Shown here piece after piece: positions 12,584 through 24,785 of a stretch of 64,000 nucleotides of DNA. The notes beneath the pieces are model-generated. The model saw only the letters and a program-made list of their open reading frames with translations, had not been told where the DNA came from and searched no databases. The stretch comes from Gnetum montanum. Lineage: Eukaryota; Plantae; Gnetophyta. The DNA lies in contig MNCI01002657.1 in the NCBI GenBank assembly GCA_015680685.1, positions 225,858-289,857 on the forward strand, written 5' to 3'. Position numbers and translations under genes: made by a program. The first letter of the stretch is position 1, and the number at the start of each line of letters is the position of its first letter.

Positions 12584-14049
12584 AAAGATAGATTGCCTAC
12601 CTCTTCCTTTTCCAAATTTTCCTCTACCTCTTGAATTTCTTGCAAAATGTACTTAATCATTTTGAATTTGATTGTCGTGCCTCTTAAGATCTTCTAATGT
12701 TTTTACTTGATATACAAGTTCATTAATAGTAACATGATCTAAATCTTTATTTTGCAATATTCATCATTGCATGTTTGAAGTTTCCATCATTATACAATTC
12801 TTGAATCACCTTATCTATTTTTTTTCTTTTACCATAATTGCATCCATATTCATCTAAATTTCATATGCTTGCATACATTTTAACAAAGAATTTATCAATA
12901 TCCTCACCTTTGTTTAGAGACCAATCTTCAAACTCTTATATATACATTAGTCGCTTGATTTGGATATTTATGATGGAAGCTCCTTTGTATTCTTGTAGAA
13001 CATCCCAAGTCTCCTTAGCATTTAGCTTATCAATGATTCTTGGGCCAATGGAATAAAAAAACTCAAGTACAAATTATCATCCTTGCCATTGCATCTTTCC
13101 TTCCATCTTCTTGAAGCTTTCTCCTTTGCTGCTTATTTAGAATAACTTGATTTGGAAATTGTTGATATTCTTGCTTGACAACATCGCAGCATTCATTGAT
13201 TTGGAGCAATGTCTTCCTAAGCTTTTTTCCAATATATAAAGTATTGGCTTCCATTGAAGATAATAGTGCATTTTGGAATATCTTTGCTCATTTTGACTAG
13301 CTTTTGAGACAACTATGACTTGAAAGGCGTGGATCAAGTAAGTTCTAGTATTAAATAAGGATTTTATGTGAAAAAGCGTGGATTTGGGTGAGAATTAAGA
13401 GATCAATGTGAGATGAGTGTGAAATGTGAGGGTTTTGATGAGAGACAATATGAATTGTGAAGCTATAAGGTCAAATGTGAAGCTTTGAGAGACTTTAAGG
13501 ATAGATTAGGGCATTAGCAGTCTTTTACATCAATTTTCCCAATGTTAGAACCCTAGGAGCTCCAATAAAACCATAGAAGCACACAATGAAGCTTTTGAAT
13601 TTTTCACGATTTACTAATATTGTTGAGAATCGTTGGAGACAATGAAGATCAATACCATATCACTAGAGATCATTGGATCACTATTAAAAATCAATTGTCT
13701 CAAGAAAAAAATTCAACATATCATTGGTCATTTACAAATCGATAAAGTTATTTTGCTTATTGATTAGCATTGATTGGAGTTGCTCCTAGTAACAAATACA
13801 ACCTTGAATTTTTCTTTGATCTGATCTCATGAAATTTGAGGCCAGTTTACGTGAAATATGATCCAAATTTGTAGCAAATGTTCAGAAGAAGCAAAATCTA
13901 TACAGCTTCTTGAAAAGGAAGGTAATTCAAAGTATATCTATGAAATATGATACTAAGCAACTTAAAATCAAATAAAGATGTAAAAATGCAACTTTAAAAC
14001 TTGAAATTCTTGATAGATCTTGAGTAAACAATCAATGTATGGCTTGAAT

Positions 14050-14540
14050 CTGATGTAAATGAAACAATCTAATGGAGCTTTGAATATAATATGATCAAAA
14101 GCTAATGCATGTATGATCTTTAATTGTGAGAAAACTTAGGTGAAAATGATAAAATGAGATATTGTGACTGAGAATGTGAGAGATCTTGTCAGACATGTGA
14201 TGACTTGTGAGATAATTAAGGGAGAGATTGAGACAAATCTGAAAATCCTTATACTCGTTATCTTCAAACCCTTGCTTAATGAGAAATGAATAATACAAAT
14301 GAAAAATGAGTGTGCCTCTTTATGAGGTATGAGCGGGCACCTCTATTTATAGCATTAGTTGGCCCAAATTTGTCATTTTAGGCATGTTTTATTATCATTA
14401 TACATCATATCCGAAATTTTCTATTTATGGAAACTGTTACAATAATAGGCCTACCTATGTGCTTACAAAATAAAAGACAAAAAGTAAAAACATAAAATGA
14501 AAATACATGAACATAGAAAGAATTAAGGTTCCCATCCACA
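14050..14540 (-). repeat. Possible 5' LTR of the copia element
   Basis: Minus-strand CTATAAATAGAGGTG TATA context (~14339-14353) and a very degenerate Met-type PBS near 14075-14090, upstream of copia gag. Boundaries uncertain. Confidence 0.3.
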
Positions 14541-14551
14541 CTATTCTTGAC

Positions 14552-14650
14552 AAGAATTAACAATGAGGTGTGAGCCTTATGGTAAGGCTCTTGATTTGGA
14601 AGCTCCAAGTTATGGTTTTGATTCTAGTGGGCAATGCTAAGTTATAAAGT
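14552..14650 (+). mobile_element. tRNA-derived SINE-like short repeat
   Basis: A-box-like TGAGCCTTATGG and B-box-like GGTTTTGATTC; homologous to the reverse complement of 17572-17710. Confidence 0.55.
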
Positions 14651-15524
14651 TTTAATGGGACTATATATCTTGGAGTATACCTATATTTCATTACCAGATA
14701 TTGCCAAAGATACATATGGAATCTAACCAGAAATGTGCTACAATTAGATCTTCTAGATTGTCATGGCAATGTCTAAGTTATTTCAGGTACATCAAGAAAG
14801 AAACTTATGTCTAATAGACAATTCTGTTCGAAAAATATTGCTCTGTATTGGTTTTTCATAACATCAAGAACTAGCTTGACTTGGAAAAAGTTAAAGATTG
14901 TACTTGCATTATATTAAGGTGCATTCTTACTTAATCTAAAATTCTTTATCATAATAACATAAACAGTCAAGGTGATATCTGTGAGTTCTTGGAATTTTCT
15001 TGATACATAAATTAATAAAAATGAATTCCAATGAACACTCATTTACAAAAGTATATTGTACAATTTCACCGGTTAAAATGGAAAAGGCCTTGGATACACC
15101 AAACTACCACGATATAAATTATTAAGATTAGTAAAACAGTCAAAATACATGTAACTGGGAAAATAGCATCCCTCGAAATTTAAAATTATATGTAATTTCG
15201 TAACAAAATATTGTCTTTACCTGTTCCAAAAAACACGAATACAAGATCTAACATTATTGGGTTCTAAAACTTCAGTAATGACTCACATAATCAAACTCCT
15301 CGAAAGTTCCAGAAACTTAAATTGGAGAAAAGAAAAAATTTTGCAACAGTAACATTTACAGCTGTTTGTTTACAATGACGTGACAAGGAGTTAAATTGCA
15401 AAGATTTTGCAAAATCATGTGTGTTATTTTGAAAATGCTTTCAAATTTCATTGTACAAGTACACAGTATTCAAAAATTTCAGATAGGTTGCGCAAGCAAG
15501 GTAATAAACCAGATATGGAAGTAC

Positions 15525-15791
15525 CTTCTTGTGACCCTTGAGAGATGTATGCACATCCATAGCCTCAGCAAACAGGGAATCAACTCTCTTAGCCTTCTTA
15601 GAGAATCTATGCCTGATGTTTCCTGAGCTGTCCCATTCTTCTTCATCTTTGTCAATAAATCTTGGAGACTCCAACTCTTTGGATGCAGTTTCACTGCCAT
15701 CAACCCACCTAGCTTCAGATACACTCAGCAGAGGAGAAGAAGCATCCTTAGCACCCTCTCTCTGTTTCTCAATATCAATATCCATATCCAT
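15525..15791 (-). CDS. KUP12: First coding exon of a KUP/HAK/KT potassium transporter (KUP12-like)
   Basis: The 89 codons include RWVDGSE...GNIRHRFSKKAKRVDSLFAEAMD, matching the KUP12/HAK23-type N-terminus as I recall it (RWVDGSEVDSE..RRRL.KKPKR.DSLDVEAM). A phase-0 donor AAG|GTACTT follows at 15524. No stops or frameshifts; lies in a CpG-retaining island. Confidence 0.85.
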
Positions 15792-16500
15792 AAAACTCAG
15801 CTCCTCGCAGAAAAAATCTAAACCTCACTCTTGGGCTGTTGCGTAAGCTAGATGCAAGGCAAGAACTTACTTTACTGAGTTTTAATAATGATGATTGTAC
15901 ATCAAAATCTGACCTATGCGCCAGTAAAGAGCTCTTACACTCAAAACCCGCAATCCAACAGAAAAATGGACCAAGGGGTTTCGGGCCTTCTTTCAAGAGG
16001 GCTGCCCACGTGATCACCTCCATGGTAGTTGACAGAGAATTAAACCAAGTAAGACAATTACTGTCTCTATCTATCTGTCCTAAAATTGCTTTAAATTTCG
16101 TTCTGTGAAAATAGGATTAAGGGCAGAATCGAAGATTGCATAAACATTGAAATTTAATTTACAGTAACCCTGCGACAGAGGCTGCTGCTTCTGCTTGTAG
16201 CCAATCAAACATGTTCCCTCCGACACCCAGCTGAATCACGTGGAACCGAGCAAAACCACACAAAAGATGGGCGTTCCGTCTGTGCCTGTGCCTGTGCCTG
16301 TGCCTGGTACGGGTGGGATAAATTCAAAGCTGGACCCATCTAATAAGGAAAATCATGAATCGACGCACAACAGTTCGTGGATCGTGGATCATTTCACGTA
16401 ATTCATTTATGTACATTTCATGATCATCTTGTCTTGACTATGTGTACCTGGGTCCCACCCTTACCGACTAGCTAAGGTCCACCACACAACATATGTGAGT
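15792..16500 (-). promoter_or_regulatory. 5' UTR/promoter region of the KUP gene
   Basis: Non-repetitive and CpG-retaining; G-box CACGTG at ~16007 and ~16237; (TGTGCC)4 microsatellite at 16281-16306. Confidence 0.5.
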
Positions 16501-16574
16501 CAGTTTATGATTTGCCATGCAATAATTGTGAAAATTGAAAAATCCACTTTGACATGCTTAGAAAGCTTCAACAC

Positions 16575-16810
16575 ATTTTTATTATTATTTGTTTATTATT
16601 ATTATTAAAGTCAATAAAAATCTCTAAGAAAATAAAAGTCAATTTTTAAAAATATCACTAAATTACAAATTATTTGTTTATTATTAATAAGTTAATTTTG
16701 AAAGAAAATGATCCCTAAATTACAAATTATTTTATTTATTATTATTATTAAAATCAAATTTAAAAGAAAATAATCACTAAATTACAAATTATTTATTTAT
16801 TATTATTAAT
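16575..16810. repeat. AT-rich tandem repeat, ~59-bp unit, about 3-4 copies
   Basis: CTAAATTACAAATTATTT recurs at ~16658, ~16715 and ~16776, each followed by (TTA)n. Confidence 0.8.
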
Positions 16811-17571
16811 CATTCCTTGCTTTCATTTATGTTGGAATTAATGCTTTTTAAATATGTTTGTTGTCAATCATCATGGATTTCAATTCACAGTGAAAATAAA
16901 CCCCAAAATCTCTATCCATTTAACACCCCTTTTTACATTTCTAGGCATTTTTTTCCCATGAATTATAGAAAAAATAAAGTTTGCCATTTTTAAAAATGAG
17001 CAAAATTACATCTACACATCATTTATAGAATACATTATATTTTCTATATCTTCGTATAGAGAGTTGTTTATATATATTTTTATTAGTTTATGAGCAAATA
17101 ATCATAGTCTATAGCAATAATGAGATGCAAATTTGTAAAGATAGCTTTAATTTTATGTTTTTATACCAATGTTAGGTATTATAACTATAACAACAAAAGT
17201 CAATAATATAGATTTATATAAAATGTTTAATAGATTCTGTGATTGTTTTAGTTTGCAGGGAATAAATCTTAACATCACACCATAGGATAAAGGACAAATG
17301 GGCATTATTGCCCATCAAATGCACACCCTAGAATATTAGGATATACTAGTTTGGCCAACTTTCTTATGTATGGCTAAGAAACAAAAATATGGATCTAATA
17401 ATGAAAGCCCTTCAAGATGCCCACCCACACATGCTCATCTAATGTGATATATGCAAACATTTTCGAATGTACCTTCCATATTAAAGCTATCAATGCAAGA
17501 TTACAACTTTTTTAGTTTGGGTGGAGGTGTTGGAACCTCAAAATAATTGTAATATAGGTATACCCTAAGAT

Positions 17572-17710
17572 ATATAGCTCAACATTGCTCACCAAATTGA
17601 ACCTATAACTTGGAGCTTTTATATCAAGAGTCTTTCCACTAAACTAACACCTCATTGTTAATTAAATTACAACTTTATAACTTAGCATTACCCACCAAAA
17701 TCAAACTCAT
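17572..17710 (-). mobile_element. tRNA-derived SINE-like repeat, one full unit plus a partial tandem unit
   Basis: Reverse complement reads GAGGTGTTAGTTTAGTGG (A box) ...GGTTCAATTTG (B box); same family as 14552-14650. Confidence 0.55.
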
Positions 17711-17817
17711 GTAATAATGTTTTGACTAATAAAAATATAGCACAACTAGTGAGATTATTACTTATAAGTTTGAGTTACACTTAAGGTATTAAGGCATTCA
17801 TTCTGTTAGTATCCTGG

Positions 17818-18621
17818 TGATGAGTGGCGAGGTACCCCTACACTCAACCATACGAATACGAGTGTCCCACACGCGATCCGGTCGAACTCCAAGGACTAAG
17901 TGCTTACGCGCCCTAATGGAACACTTAAGGTTAATCAATCGTTGTCTTCCCAAGCTTACCTGTATTTGTCACAGTTGTATGGTTAAGTAAGCTTGAGGCA
18001 TGTGATTTTTATGTCTTTTCTCTTTTTATCGCCTATGCTAAGAGGGAAGGGTGAAGAGACTAAATGACTAACTTTAATTAACTAAGTTCTAATTGTCCTA
18101 GCATCAGTATCCGTTCCCACTTGCCCTAGACACCCTGAACCAGTGCAACGCTACTGGGATCACCAAACGCTACTTGTTACTGGGTTACCAAGCATTGCAC
18201 ACATGCTCGAAGCAGTCGTACTGAATGCACTTAACTAAGAGAGTTAAGGGTTGAGAAGGATTAATTATCTAAGAAAGCAATTAAGCATTTAATAGTAATT
18301 TAAATCCTATTTAGCTTAGTCCATATGCTGCAAGGTTTATCAGAAAGTTCGTCTTTATTTCCGTACACAAATGTGTGCTCAGGCACAATTTGCTCAAATA
18401 AAGATCTGTTCACTTTGAGACTCCTACTATAGGCACATGGAAATTATTCTATCTCTGGAATGGTAAAACTGCCAGAGTTGAGCTAAGGGTCTAGATCTAG
18501 ATGGGAAAACAAGGGAAAGTCGCCTCTTATTTATAAAACTGGCGACGGGATACGATATCACGTACGTGATATCACAGGGGTTGACGCAATATCGCGGCCC
18601 ATGCGATATCACATCCCATCA
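17818..18621 (-). repeat. 3' LTR of element A
   Basis: Direct repeat of 23985-24785; PPT adjacent at 18622-18631. Confidence 0.95.
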
Positions 18622-20900
18622 TACCCCCATGACTGAATGAAAACTTGTCCTCAAGTTCCTTACAAAATATTAGGAAGGTATGGGATTATTGACTTGAATG
18701 ACACTAATGGTGAATGGGGTGACATGTGAATGGATCATCATTACAATACATGGCAAAATTTAGTGTTCATGACAATAAGAGTGAACACTATACACATTTG
18801 ACATCCAGCCTTATTTGGTAGCTGGAAGAGAAGAGAGAAAAGAGAGAGAAAAGAAGAAGTCTGCTGCTGCCAACGCCAAGATTGCACCTTTCGTTGTCCA
18901 TCTATAAACACGCCATCAATCTTGTTCCTCGCATAACTACTTCAGCACTAGTCCATTCCAAGTGTTCCCTCCAGATTCAATCCGTTGTTGTATGATTGTC
19001 ATCTGTACACACAACACAGTTCTTATATTAGCAAGGGTAAATGAATCATAATGTAATTGATACCTTGCTTCGGTATAAGGTCCATTGGCTGAGTTGTGAT
19101 ATGGCTAATGTGGATCTGGAGATATAATGCTGGAGGCTACCCGAGGTGTAGGGGTTAGGAGAAAATTGAAAAAATTGGACTAGGACCCCCATGATTGAGA
19201 GCGAACCTCCGGTAGCGAGAGAATGGAGAAAAAGAAAAGGAATAAGAAAGATGGAGAAAAAGAAACAACGACCACGCCAATAAAATGGATGTCAAAGATG
19301 GAGATGAACAAAATAAATGGTGATTGCAGAAATGTTTAAGGGAAAGACATTAACGGGTGCACCAAATAGGAATGCCAGTGGGTCTTTCCCAAAGCAGGCT
19401 CATGCCCTTAATGCCCTGACAATCCCACATTCAAAGAGTCCGTAGGCTCTAGGAATGTCATTTGGAAGCGAGAGTTAAAGTCTTAACCACAATAATTTAC
19501 CAAAAAGAAAACAATGCATCCACCAAAGTATGGACTAGTGATACAACCAACAATGAGGTGATAAATGGAGAAAGAAGGATGGAAAGAAGAGAATGGAATG
19601 GAGTCTCAAGAACAAGGTGATGTACAGCCCCTTGTGTATTAATGGTTAATGTGACTTAGTAGCTCTCATTCCAAATCCAGCCTAAAACCAACCACATCCA
19701 GTACTTCACATTAATACATTTGACCAATCCATCCTCCCAAAGTAACAAGAATGCCTTCACCAAAGAGTCACCACCATTCCGATGGAATGAACAAGGGGAA
19801 AATAGGAAGCGAGAAGGGCCTTAGTTAGGGGGAACATGTTTATTTTAGTTCTATAACTAGTGCTTGTAGCCCAAATGATTATTTTGTCTAAGGGGTGTGC
19901 TTTGAATTCTCACTATTTTTCTGGTTTTTTTTTTTGTTGCTTGAGTACCACACCATGCAAAGACTTATTATTTTTATTTGCTCAGCTTCCTGATAATGTG
20001 GAAACATCGGAATGGTAAGAAAACTCAAGAAGAAAACATCCAAGCACCCAAGAGAATGGCTAGCACAAGTGCATCAAATCCCCTTGAAGTCACATCCTTT
20101 TCAATCCTTGAGTCCTTCCTTAGTTTGAGAAATACCCAGTCACCAATTCATTGATAGTTCTTATTATTGAGAAAGGTGACCGTACAGTTCCAAGCCAAGA
20201 GAGACCATAGAAACTTATGGATATATGGATGAAGTGGACTCATTACCTGTTATAGCAAAAAGAACCATACCTTAGTATCAACATCATCACTTAAAGGTAA
20301 AAACCAAACATTAGCAATCAATGGAATATAGTTCATACCACCATCAGGAGCACTTATTAGGTGACGAATCAAACAAAATAAACAAACACACAAATAAACG
20401 AAAGGGTATGAATGATATTGTAAAACAAAAATGTGTAAAACAAAAACTTAAAAAGAAATTGAGGGCCTTGAGTGATTAGCATAGGTGACCATCTCCCCCA
20501 TGACTAAGTTGAAATGGAGAGATCCGAAATAATGAGCGCTTGTTTAAATTTTCTAGAAGTGTCCAACTTCTCCCAATTGATGTTTTCAAGTTAAGGGTTG
20601 GAAGTTGGCGACGCTCTTGCTCTAGTGTATCTATGCTTTCGATGTGGTCGCAAGTTGGTCCCCCAGTTAGTTCCATGCATATTGGTGAATTGCTCTCTTA
20701 ATTAGCTATCAACCACTGGGTGTTTTCTTGTTGTGTGGTTGCTACATACAAGCACCTTTATATATTAATATCTGGTGCATACTAGTTGCATCCAGGCAAT
20801 GCTGAACATTTCTGTACGCCATCACCCTCTGTATCACTATATGTGATGCATGGAAATTTCTTCTTCTCGATCTTCCCACAAGTGTTTTCCTTAGATATTT

Positions 20901-23837
20901 CTAGGGAAAGATCATAATTCCTAGGCATGCATTTACTATACTTAGCCATGCCCTTCCCATTATTATTGGGAAGTCCCCTTTGTCATTGTTTACTTGGATC
21001 ACTAGGAAATCAGCTAGGTAGGACCAACCACACACAGTGGTAACGATGTCCTCCACCAATCCCAAAGGAATAGTGATGGACTGGTCTACCAACTCTAGGT
21101 GAATATTGCTCTTCTTTAGTAGAGGCAGGTTACAGGCTTTATACATTTCTTGCGATATCAAGTTGACTCCGGAACCTGAGTCCAAAAGAGCTTTACAAGG
21201 TTCATTCCCAACAACTTGGAGATAGATTAAGGGACTTTCGGGGTTAGAGAATTTCCTAGGAAGGTGGCCTTCCTTGATCCAATCAGTGACGGTATGTGTT
21301 AACATAATCGTATGCGTTGAGCTCTGTTGTTGGTTTGAAGGGAGCTTCGAAGCCTTATTTGATGGAGGAACGTTTGGAGGCTCAACCGCTTGTGGTTGTG
21401 AGAACTTGTTTGGACTGTTAGTTCTGAAGAAAGGTCTTCTCCTTGTACGGTTGCCAGAACCAGTAGCGGGTTGAAGGTTTATAGCTCTCGTAGCATTGCG
21501 TTGTTGTGGTTGAGTGGGAAATTCGCCTTGCATCGCTAGAGCGGGTGGTAGTGGAGTTATTGGTGTAAGAGTGGTAGACGGATTTGGAGGATGGTATGCA
21601 TGTGGTGTGTCTCTCCCAGGAGGAGTCCTATAGTACTCCCAAGCTTGGTAGTGACGTTGCGGGGTTGCGTGACCAACAGAGTCACTTGGAGAGATTGACT
21701 ACTGCACGTAATAGTCATATGGATCCAATTTCCGGTAAGGGTACTGTTGTCTCAGCGGCGGTATTCTCCATGACTATGGATATTGCCACTGCTGGTGTTG
21801 CTCGATAGGTTGTGGTGGAGTTCTACTTGGATAATATGTTAATGGTTGGTGGAACTGCCTTGGATTACCTTGGGGATAAGGTAACCATTGGGGTGCTTGC
21901 CGTTTGTTAAGTCTTGGGTTGAGTGCGTACACCCTAGACTCTTGTAGATGTGAGATTATCGGGCAACATCTCTTAGGATGGTCATATTGGCATATCTCAC
22001 ATCCACCATCATTGTTTGTATCCAAATCCACAACCTCTTTGGTGATAGCCATTTTTCCCTTACCTTTGTTACGTGCATGATCCAAATCCCTCTTCTTCTT
22101 TTTATCATGGTCACTACTTCACTTCTTAGAATCCTCTACGATTTTTAGGACAGTTTCAAATCTACTATCTAAGGAGTCCCACATTTGATCTACCTTAGTT
22201 GACACTTCTGTTGTTAGTTTTTGAAGCAGCAAGGTTTTTCTATTCACCATCTCCTTGAGTGGTGACTCATCTTCCTCACGGAATCTCACTCCCCTTTTTC
22301 GAAGGGAAGGATCATGGTTGTACTCTTCCATGCTTTCTCTTTTGCGTAGCTCTCCTTCTTCCTTAGCTACTTGCTCCAACAATCTATGAACCTCATGGGA
22401 CCTAAGCTTAGATAATCTCCCTTGGGCATATGTTCTAAGGATTCTCCTAGTTTCGTGCCTAAGCCCATCTACGAGCTGGCGTAGTTGATCCCATTGTGCG
22501 TAACCATGGCCCGGGCAACGATGTAACAATGCATAGTATCGGCCCATGGAAGCATCCAAGGGTTCATGATTACCCTACTTCCATCCTTGGATCTGCTTTT
22601 GCAAGTTGGACACTCGGGAGTACGTTTGATATTTATCGTTAAACAGTTCTAGCATCGTACTCCACCTTCAAATGGATTCCAGTTCTAAGGATCAGTACCA
22701 ACTTTCTGCTTCTTTTATGAGTGTCCTTGGGAACAACTTTAATTTTTGCCACTCATTTTCAATATTTTGCAAGGCACAAGCATTGTGAAATGCCTATAAG
22801 TGGTTCTGCGGATTAGCATTGTATCCCCCCTTAAATTGTGGGATATTATTCATCTCTAGTCTCTTGATTCGGCTATCTTTTTGGTGCCTTGTAGATATTC
22901 TAATAGCCTCCGTAATGTCTAACATGCTCCAGGTTGCAAGTAGGGGTTCGTCATGGTCATTTCTCTCATGGCGTCTGTGATTTCTACATCGTTCCCTACT
23001 TTCCCTTCTTCCATGTCGTGATTCCCTAGAATGCCCTCGTCCTCACTCTCGACTCTCTCGTCGAGGTTTCTCATTTTGCTTACCCTTATCCTCATGATGA
23101 GGTTCCTTATGACTACGTCCCAATGTCAAAGGAGAGGGTGAATGTTGTGATGAAGGTGAAGAAGAAGGGGAACCATCACCATGATGATGTTTCCTACCCT
23201 CTCTTCGGTGATCTTAGCCTCGAGCGTGATGACGATCAGAATGCCCATCCTTGTCTTGTGTTTGTGTTCCCTCATTGAACACTTGGTGTTCGTGGGGATC
23301 AGAACTAGGGTTATGTATCGTGGAGTGCAGGTTCTGATACACCACCTCCTCACCATCATTAGGAGGGGGAACATTATTTTGTGGAGAACCTATTTAAATA
23401 GGTTCACCACCCTTAATTTCGCTTATGATGGGCAAAGCATTATGGGGGCCTTTGCCCTTCAACAATGTATGGTAACTCTCCTGCCGCAAGTCCCATTGAC
23501 GTTGCGCTTCGGTGGGATGGTAGTCCCTTGCATTGTAATTGCATGCAACGTACTCAACAGATAATTGTGGCATGTCAATTCATGCAAGGGCACGAAGCAG
23601 AATGTTGGGGACGGCTTTGTCTGGAGGCAATACTATGTTACCCTCCAAGTCTTTCCAACGCAGTTGTTTGTCTTGATGGTAGACAAAGGTAAAGTTGGGT
23701 ATATATTCATTGTGATGAATATATACCACACTGAATTGTTGAGGAACTGGTGGTTCTTGGTTATGTGTGTTATGCCGTCGACTGTCTCTTGTGTTATCCC
23801 TAGGCGGTGAAGTGCTCTTGTTCGAAGAAGAAGACAA
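20901..23837 (-). pseudogene. Gag-protease polyprotein of element A (long N-terminal extension, retrotransposon gag domain, CCHC knuckle, aspartic protease); several in-frame stops
   Basis: KLKLFPRTL..AESWY gag core; CEICQYDHPKRCC (Athila-type Cx2Cx3Hx4C); ALLDSGSGVNLI and PIIMGRAWL protease motifs. Confidence 0.88.
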
Positions 23838-23984
23838 TTTGGTCTTACTCGGTGTGCTATTTACCGTTATGTTATTTTTTTCGTTTGATCAACCCTAAGG
23901 GTTTGTTATAGCTCCCAATGATGTGAATGATTTCCTATGTTCTACATAGCACACAAACAACTAAGCCCCCAGCAATGGCACGAA

Positions 23985-24785
23985 TGATGAGTGGCGAGGT
24001 ACCCCTACACTCAACCATACGAATACGAGCATCTGACGCGCGATTCGGTCGAACTCCAAGGACTAAGTGCTTATGCGCCCTAATGGAACACTTAAGGTTA
24101 ATCAATCGTTGTCTTCCCAAGCTTACTTGTATTTGTCACAATTGTATGGTTAAGTAAGCTTGAGGCATGTGATTTTTATGTCTTTTCTCTTTTTATCGTC
24201 TATGCTAAGAGGGAATGGTGAAGAGACTAAATGACTAACTTTAATTAATTAAGTTCTAATTGTCCTAGCATTAGTATCTGTTCTCACTTGTCGTATACAC
24301 CCTAAACCAGTGCAACGCTACTGGGATTACCAAACGCTACTCGTTACTGGGTTACCAAGCATTACACACGTGCTCGAAGCGGTCGTACTAAATGCACTTA
24401 ACTAAGAGAGTTAAGGGTTGAGAAGGATTAATTATCTAAGAAAGCACTTAAGCATTTAATAGTGTTTTAAATCCTATTTAGCTTAGTCCATATGTTGTAA
24501 GGTTTATCAGAAAGTTCGTCTTTATTTCCGTACACAAATGTGTGCTCAGGTATAATTTGCTCGAATAAAGATCTGTTCACTTTGAGACTCCTACTACAGG
24601 CACATGAAAATTATTCTATCTCTAGAATGGTAAAACTTCCAGAGTTTAGCTAAGGGTCTAGATCTAGATGGGAAAACAAGGGAAAGCCGCCTCTTATTTA
24701 TAGAACTGGCGACGGGCTGCGATATCGCGTACGTGATATCGTAAGGGCTGACGCAATATCGCGGATGCGATATCGTGTCCCATCA
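23985..24785 (-). repeat. 5' LTR of element A
   Basis: Direct repeat of 17818-18621; PBS adjacent at ~23966-23983. Confidence 0.95.

Larger units (their letters stand above)
6680..13330 (-). mobile_element. Ty1/copia gag-pol remnant, interrupted by a solo LTR (7188-8034) and L1 copy 2 (8599-12583)
   Basis: Gag FNGSQYFIYW (~13240-13270); zinc knuckle WCKYCKKKGH (~8400-8430); protease TWIIDSGCSNHMT (~8180-8220); DVYYVPQLSSLLLS resuming at 7186; LWHWRLDH (~6935-6960); integrase PLELL.MDLVGP and KYFLVIVDDFSRY (~6685-6790). Confidence 0.85.
17818..24785 (-). mobile_element. Full-length non-autonomous Athila-like LTR retrotransposon, gag + protease only (TR-GAG type); element A
   Basis: LTRs at 17818-18621 and 23985-24785 (TGATG..CATCA, roughly 94% identical by eye, mostly transitions); exact TSD CCTGG at 17813-17817 and 24786-24790; PBS TCGTGCCATTGCTGGGG, similar to the Athila Asp PBS TGGCGCCGTTGCCGGGG; PPT CATGGGGGTA; no RT/RNase H/integrase. 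Confidence 0.95.

Noticed and set aside
14560-14640. Possible tRNA gene
   Set aside because: The A/B boxes are degenerate, no complete cloverleaf is visible, and the copies share non-tRNA flanks, so a SINE-like repeat fits better.
15441-15524. C-terminal 27 codons of ORF 15441-15791
   Set aside because: Read-through into the intron past the GT donor at 15524; no KUP similarity.
23181-23810. Hydrophobic plus-strand ORFs (also 44382-44630) resembling membrane or env proteins
   Set aside because: They are antisense shadows of the H/R/E-rich Gag extension.
23927-24157. Short ORFs at LTR ends that recur at 30426 and 62988
   Set aside because: The similarity reflects conserved LTR U5 DNA, with no evidence of coding function.
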